A stretch of DNA of 64,000 nt from a virus (lineage: Duplodnaviria; Caudoviricetes), in the IMG/VR virus record IMGVR_UViG_3300021387_000164, positions 35,056-99,055 of that record. One strand, 5' to 3'. Below the pieces are notes generated by a model that saw nothing but the letters and a program-made list of their open reading frames with translations, was not told the origin of the DNA and made no database searches. The position numbers and the translations under genes were made by a program. Within the stretch, counting starts at the first letter, position 1. Each line of letters begins with the position of its first letter. This document shows positions 59,078 to 64,000 of this stretch, piece by piece.

Positions 59078-59156
59078 TGTAATCAGGTGGGGAATCGGAC
59101 CCCACAATCCATCAACTATCTTGTAGTTAATCGTCATAACCTCTAGACTACTGATT
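59078..59156 (-). ncRNA. tRNA-like element E (6+6 bp, elongated anticodon arm)
   Basis: AATCAG/CTGATT, D-arm GTC-TAGAGGTTAT-GAC, ATTAACTA-CAAGA-TAGTTGAT, GTGGGG-TCCGATT-CCCCAC, ACA end. Confidence 0.65.
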
Positions 59157-59364
59157 TCCGTTAGGGGCTGACTGGATTAACCAGTCAGTCCTCCACCACT
59201 GACCTTTTATAAGTTTGTTTCTCACGCAAAATCCATTATCGAAGCAATTAGTAATTTCAACTAACACGGGTGCCATTACGTTCTGTTTCCCAGCTCTGCG
59301 AGCCATGTCTTTTTCCATCATACTTCTAGGATGCTTCTTATTTGGTTGTCAGCACCACTGACCA

Positions 59365-59502
59365 TTAAAACCAGGAAAATGTTTTCCAGAACATACGTTC
59401 TTGCTCTTTTTTCCATTTCCTAAATTCTTTCCAATGATCACGATTTAGATAGACAGATTGTCCACCATTAATCGTAATTTCAAAAGGGCAGGTCGTCAGC
59501 AC
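59365..59502 (-). CDS. Possible small Trp/Lys-rich ORF (GTG start, or +1 frameshift extension of SSB-like gene)
   Basis: ...EITINGGQSVYLNRDHWKEFRKWKKEQERMFWKTFSWF-TAA in +1 frame across the SSB stop. Confidence 0.35.
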   Translation of the reverse strand: MLTTCPFEITINGGQSVYLNRDHWKEFRKWKKEQERMFWKTFSWF

Positions 59503-60112
59503 CTGTTGATACAGCTTTGGTCACTGTATCGATAGTCTCAGTTACCGGAGTACTCTCTACTTCTGGAGTAGGGGCAAGCGGATCGGCAGGCTTCTCAACG
59601 TCAGCCTGTACTGGACGCTCTGTAAGATCACTCTTCCAAAGCTTAATCTGAGACTCTGCAACGGTCATAGGCTCAACGAAAATACCGTTCTTAGATACCT
59701 GAGTATAACCATTCTTGTCGTAAGTTACCTTAAGACGAAGCTTGGTATCCTGCTTGATTACCTCAAGCTGTGCTTTAACCCAGTTAATCATCTCTACGAA
59801 AGATGAACCCTCGAAGTCGGTATGGCTACCGTTTATTGCATCAATAACCTGCAGAATACGACCGAACTGCTGATTGTCTCGACGTTGTAAATCCTCGTCG
59901 GTCTTAATCCACATGTTCTTCTCGTTCTTCCACTCAGTCATAGTTGCTGTCTGGTTGTTCTCATTCTCGAAGACAATCTCCAAGAAGTCACGATCATTTT
60001 GTGTACGGTTAACATTTACCTCTTTCAAGGTAATGTTTTCGTTAATACCCACTGGCATATAGGAGCTGATAAACTCCTGGTTACTCGTTGTTGCTGTTTT
60101 TGTACTATACAT
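59480..60112 (-). CDS. Single-stranded DNA-binding protein-like
   Basis: Acidic flexible tail ending DDLPF; adjacent to Sak4-like ATPase. Confidence 0.7.
   Translation of the reverse strand: MYSTKTATTSNQEFISSYMPVGINENITLKEVNVNRTQNDRDFLEIVFENENNQTATMTEWKNEKNMWIKTDEDLQRRDNQQFGRILQVIDAINGSHTDFEGSSFVEMINWVKAQLEVIKQDTKLRLKVTYDKNGYTQVSKNGIFVEPMTVAESQIKLWKSDLTERPVQADVEKPADPLAPTPEVESTPVTETIDTVTKAVSTGADDLPF
60093..60112 (-). repeat. 20-nt direct repeat copy 2 at SSB-like start
   Basis: Identical to 57303-57322. Confidence 0.95.
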
Positions 60113-60149
60113 AATTTCTTCCTTTTAATTACTGATTCGTGATTCTGAA

Positions 60150-60896
60150 TTATTTGGGCAAATAAATCTTATCCCAATAGGTCGTTATGCTTCCATCCTC
60201 ATTACCTGTTGCAATGACAATGTCCTTGCCTGCAATATGTCGTGCGCGGGCTTCCACAGGTGCTCCATCTCCTCCTGATTTAAAAGAGATGTGAGTCTCG
60301 TTATCTTTACGATATACGTAACCTACTGCATCTGCGAGTCCACAGACAATTCGTCCGAGCTTACCAACAAGGTCAATTTCTTTTGCATTAACCTCTTGGC
60401 CGTCTTTATCGGTGATACTGTCTTTGACATGACCAATAAGAATGAATTCATCACAAAGGTCCTTGAACATATCAATTACCTTCTTAACTGCATCTCTTAG
60501 ATACTTATAACCTGCTCCACGTGCAAGTGTTGTTACATCGTCACCTTTCCAGTTTTTACCTAATTCGGTCTTTCTGTAAAGGGTGCACGCGTAGCTCATA
60601 CAAATATCTTCAAGACGAGTTGCGTTGTCTATTGTGATTCGTTTATAGAAATTATGCCCTACTTCAGTATTCTTAGCTCTAATGGCTTGAGCAATCTCTC
60701 CTAAGTCATTGATGGTACGTGCTTGTACAGCCATAGCATCAATAAACTGTGATCCGCCTTCAAGGTCTATAATGAGATTGTTTTCAAGTTGTGCAACACA
60801 GGATGTCTTTCCTGCTTTGGGCAACCCGTACAAAATCAAATATTTTGGATTGGTTGAGACTGCTGGAATTTTAGATGTAGGTAATGTCAGGCTCAT
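60150..60896 (-). CDS. AAA_24/Sak4-like ATPase
   Basis: YGLPKAGKT, IIDLEGG, ITIDNAT, LIGH motifs. Confidence 0.8.
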   Translation of the reverse strand: MSLTLPTSKIPAVSTNPKYLILYGLPKAGKTSCVAQLENNLIIDLEGGSQFIDAMAVQARTINDLGEIAQAIRAKNTEVGHNFYKRITIDNATRLEDICMSYACTLYRKTELGKNWKGDDVTTLARGAGYKYLRDAVKKVIDMFKDLCDEFILIGHVKDSITDKDGQEVNAKEIDLVGKLGRIVCGLADAVGYVYRKDNETHISFKSGGDGAPVEARARHIAGKDIVIATGNEDGSITTYWDKIYLPK

Positions 60897-60916
60897 AGGC
60901 TCTATTTATTTTTTTA

Positions 60917-61390
60917 TTAAAGAAGATTAATGTTAATATTAGCAGCACCTGTTGTATAGATGTTGATGATAATCTTCTTCGTGTTATCGGTAATACCGTC
61001 CAGGAACGAAAAGTTCAGGAAGTCGTTGTACTTATAAGTATCAAAACCAATCTGAATCTCATCGTCGTAGAAAACGATAGGTGTACCGTCACCAAGCGTA
61101 TACATCTTGCCAAGAATATAAGGCAGCTTATAGCTCTTCTTAATAGTCTTATAGTTAGCAAGGAACTTCATAGCCTTGATGAGTGTATCCTCATCATCCT
61201 TCAGGTGGCTATACTTAGGAGTAGAAGTATAAATGGTGTCGAACAGATAATTGTTCTTCTTCTTTATATCAGCAACAATAATGTCATCAAGAATCTTTGA
61301 ATAATCGGGCAAGAAATGAAGCTTGTCATTACTCGAAAAAATCATGCTATTGTTGTTCTTCTTAGTTCCGAAAGTGAAAGTCTTTGTCAT
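60917..61390 (-). CDS. Hypothetical protein (157 aa)
   Basis: ORF in operon orientation. Confidence 0.7.
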   Translation of the reverse strand: MTKTFTFGTKKNNNSMIFSSNDKLHFLPDYSKILDDIIVADIKKKNNYLFDTIYTSTPKYSHLKDDEDTLIKAMKFLANYKTIKKSYKLPYILGKMYTLGDGTPIVFYDDEIQIGFDTYKYNDFLNFSFLDGITDNTKKIIINIYTTGAANININLL

Positions 61391-61433
61391 AATATTCAGT
61401 CTGTTTGTTATGTTAATACTATCGTCTGAAGCA

Positions 61434-62360
61434 TTAACTCTCGATCAGATTGTTGTACATCAAGTCGTTCTCAAATTCGAGGATACATGGTTTTCCAGCA
61501 TCTCTATTCTTCAAGATGTGCATGTATACTTTGTTTTGTGTAGGTAGATGATTGGGACCGTATTCTTGGATGTTCAATATCTCTGGTCGTTGTAAAACCA
61601 TAACGTAATCGCTGGCTTGAAAAATTGCATCAGACGATGATAAATCACTTCTCATTGGGAAATGTCCCAACGGATTGTTGATTCTTTCTGGCTGCTCAAT
61701 GTTTCTATTCATCTGTGCAATCTGGATTACGGACGTAAGCGGCAGTTTTTTAGTCTGTATTAATACTCTTTCGAGTTCGCTTATTGTGTCCAACGTAGAG
61801 CCGATTGGCTTAGCCAACAGCGTGTGATCCAGAACTACGACAAAATGTTTACCAGTATTTATTACATACTGTTTATAGAAACTTTGAATAATTTCTCCTA
61901 ATTGCGTGGGAGTACACGGGTTATCTACAAAGTAGATTGGATACTCCTTTAGCTGGTTAGAAACAGCGATGACTTTTCTGAAGGTGTCGTCATCGAGGTC
62001 CGTTTCCGCACTATACAAGGTAGAAGTCGTTTTCCTCAGCTTATTGGATAACGTTCTTCCAACTTGCCTAAATCCAACCATCTCAAATGAGAAGTTTAGG
62101 ACAATTATTTCGTCAGAAGGATTCAAATCAACTAAGTCGAAAATCATGGTATTAACCATACTAGATTTACCTGTTCCTGAAATACCAGCTATGGTATAAA
62201 CGGTATTTGGTTCAATACCTCCCATACACTGCTTATTGAACTTGCTCCATCTAGTCTTTAACGACACAACATCATGACTTCTACGGCCTTCGATATAATT
62301 TATAGCTTCTTGGGCTACGACGCGTATTGGTCTGATAATTTTAGATAAGTTCTGTTCCAT
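61434..62360 (-). CDS. SF4 (DnaB-like) replicative helicase
   Basis: AGISGTGKS, FSFEM, VLDH, AQMNR, ILKNRD motifs. Confidence 0.88.
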   Translation of the reverse strand: MEQNLSKIIRPIRVVAQEAINYIEGRRSHDVVSLKTRWSKFNKQCMGGIEPNTVYTIAGISGTGKSSMVNTMIFDLVDLNPSDEIIVLNFSFEMVGFRQVGRTLSNKLRKTTSTLYSAETDLDDDTFRKVIAVSNQLKEYPIYFVDNPCTPTQLGEIIQSFYKQYVINTGKHFVVVLDHTLLAKPIGSTLDTISELERVLIQTKKLPLTSVIQIAQMNRNIEQPERINNPLGHFPMRSDLSSSDAIFQASDYVMVLQRPEILNIQEYGPNHLPTQNKVYMHILKNRDAGKPCILEFENDLMYNNLIES

Positions 62361-62907
62361 AAGAATTTACAGATTGTTTTTCTGTATCCTGCATTTCCTC
62401 CTCAACGGCTTCCCATTGTGAACGAGTTAACCAGTTCCACATGGTCATCATATAACCAATGGAACCTTCTCGCATGCGCTTTGCTATTTCATAGTCCAAA
62501 CACTTTATAAGGTGCTCAGCCATTGCAGAACTCTTGCCACACTTGGTATTAAAGAAGTGACGACATTTGTTCACATTAGCACGCAGGTAGGATTTACTCC
62601 CATCCGAACGCATTACATACACTGGGTACATATCGTAAAACACATCGAAGTAATCCTTCTCAGGCTTAACCGAGGATATTAGCTTATCCGTTGGTTGATA
62701 TGTAATTGACTCACCGCTCTCTATCGCGGTTACTAGCTGTTGATTAATTAAGTATGATATATCATCGTCGCTAATCAGACTGACAATTTTGCGGACGTCT
62801 TGATATTTTGGTTGATTCTTATCCAATATCATACTTAAGAACAATAGTTGATTTGAATTTAACTCCGGGAATTCATCCAGGAGTCTTGTATTTACTTCAA
62901 TAATCAT
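62341..62907 (-). CDS. Hypothetical replication protein upstream of helicase
   Basis: 188 aa, FYDMYP motif, overlaps helicase start. Confidence 0.65.
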   Translation of the reverse strand: MIIEVNTRLLDEFPELNSNQLLFLSMILDKNQPKYQDVRKIVSLISDDDISYLINQQLVTAIESGESITYQPTDKLISSVKPEKDYFDVFYDMYPVYVMRSDGSKSYLRANVNKCRHFFNTKCGKSSAMAEHLIKCLDYEIAKRMREGSIGYMMTMWNWLTRSQWEAVEEEMQDTEKQSVNSYGTELI

Positions 62908-62936
62908 ACTGTTGACTCTAGGTTCTAAGTCGGTTA

Positions 62937-64000
62937 CTAAAATAACTCTAGTTGCTGTTGGGTGAAGCCTGCAACTATTTTCTTTGCTTCGCTAATATAG
63001 TACCTGTAGTTAATCTTGCGACCATCTACAGTAGTATCGTATAACTCATTCAGGATTGTTACTCCCGATTTCGTTAGCATATTCGTTTCTTTATCGGCGT
63101 CCTTCTTAAACAGATATTCGCCGTTTGTGCTCGCGTAGAATCTGTTAATGTGCTGAATCTTCCGTTTTCCGTGATATACTTCAAACTTCTTATCCACCTG
63201 CTGAGACATAAGAAAATCTCTTATATCGGCATCATTCTTAACAAACTTCTCGATTGGTTCTCCTTTCACAAAGTAGTTTATCACCGCCTTCGGTATTACT
63301 ACCGGAGCCAAGCCTTTGCCAAGCTTATTTTTAGTAATAAACATACCCTTTTCTTCTATCTCTCCGCCTTTCAAGACCCCAAAGTAGTCATTGATAGCGT
63401 ATTGATAAAATGCTTCATACTCATCAGATTCAAATTCCAACTTGGTCAGTGTCTCTACTTCTCGTATAGCAGCTGAAATCTTCTCACTAAGGCCTTTTTT
63501 AGCCCTGTAGACGACTCCATCTGTGTTGCACTGAATAATTTCACAGCCAAGCTCTAAAAGCCTGTCTACGAGCAAAAGAAGTATCAATTGACCGTTTATA
63601 CGTATCTTAAATACGTTGAATGGATCGTACATCCAACTAACTTCTTGTTGCATCTTACCCGTTGGTGAGTTAAGCACAATTTTAAGGAACATGTTCTTAA
63701 CTTTCTGACCCGTATGCTTTGCTTCTAGCCTTTCGGCTTTCAGTTGGGCAAACAACTCGCTAAAGAGTTTTCCCAAATGACGAGGACCCCATTGATACTC
63801 AATGAGCAAGGACGGGTACATTGACGCCACATCAGCGTGCCCAATCACCTCATCATCTTTTGGGAGGAATATTTTAGGTGTATGGATAGTATGGATACCA
63901 CCAACACCAATAGAATATACCACATTCGAGAGAACGAACTTCTTCTCGTAGCCTTTTCGCTCCTTAGAGTAAACTACCTGTTCCTTCATTTCCTCTAAGA
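62937..64000 (-). CDS. polB: Family B DNA polymerase (C-terminal part; ends TAG TAA)
   Basis: Motifs DVASMYPS, KIVLNSPTGK, NTDG; frame runs off window end. Confidence 0.9.
   Translation of the reverse strand, partial: LEEMKEQVVYSKERKGYEKKFVLSNVVYSIGVGGIHTIHTPKIFLPKDDEVIGHADVASMYPSLLIEYQWGPRHLGKLFSELFAQLKAERLEAKHTGQKVKNMFLKIVLNSPTGKMQQEVSWMYDPFNVFKIRINGQLILLLLVDRLLELGCEIIQCNTDGVVYRAKKGLSEKISAAIREVETLTKLEFESDEYEAFYQYAINDYFGVLKGGEIEEKGMFITKNKLGKGLAPVVIPKAVINYFVKGEPIEKFVKNDADIRDFLMSQQVDKKFEVYHGKRKIQHINRFYASTNGEYLFKKDADKETNMLTKSGVTILNELYDTTVDGRKINYRYYISEAKKIVAGFTQQQLELF

Larger units (their letters stand above)
1..64000. mobile_element. Crassvirales (crAss-like) phage genome segment using TAG-recoded genetic code (possibly Delta group/Suoliviridae)
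   Basis: Gene order TerL-portal-MCP-ring proteins-IHF-Ttub-Tstab-giant virion RNAP (DFDID) converging on a PolB/helicase/primase module; in-frame TAG read-through. Family-level placement is inference from PolB plus TAG recoding. Confidence 0.93.

Noticed and set aside
58826-59146. 106-aa + strand ORF
   Set aside because: Antisense to two tRNA-like elements and a small ORF.
1-64000. CRISPR array, DGR (RT/template repeat), introns/inteins, integrase
   Set aside because: No regularly spaced repeats, RT motifs, adenine-specific repeat pairs, or insertions in TerL, MCP or the visible part of PolB seen by eye.

Overview
64 kb of a crAss-like (Crassvirales) bacteriophage genome, host probably Bacteroidota (AT-rich, Shine-Dalgarno-less starts). 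The + strand (1-53223) is the late/virion module: tail fibres, TerL, portal, a hidden lysozyme-domain protein, scaffold-like protein, major capsid protein, ring/tail proteins, holin, spanin-like protein, IHF-like protein, tail tubular and stabilization proteins, cargo proteins and a giant virion RNA polymerase polyprotein. It converges at a bidirectional terminator on a - strand replication module (53329-64000: PolB, SF4 helicase, AAA ATPases, SSB-like protein, primase, nucleases). The supplied ORF track is fragmented because the phage has reassigned TAG to a sense codon (most likely Gln, code 15). I traced 36 in-frame TAGs in 13 late genes, which then rejoin into full-length genes ending in TAA/TGA. 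The TAGs are non-randomly placed: first TAG within 60 codons of the start in 11 of 13 genes, densest in lysis-type genes, absent from the capsid gene and from inside the early genes. The least explained region is 57.3-59.5 kb. It holds five degenerate tRNA-like elements, all ending in ACA, that keep the acceptor stem and T-arm but have deleted, expanded or degenerate D/anticodon arms. They flank small ORFs and structured spacers, suggesting a tRNA-mimic punctuation or decoy system. No CUA suppressor tRNA is visible in this window. Family names rest on motif recognition and synteny only; no database search was run.
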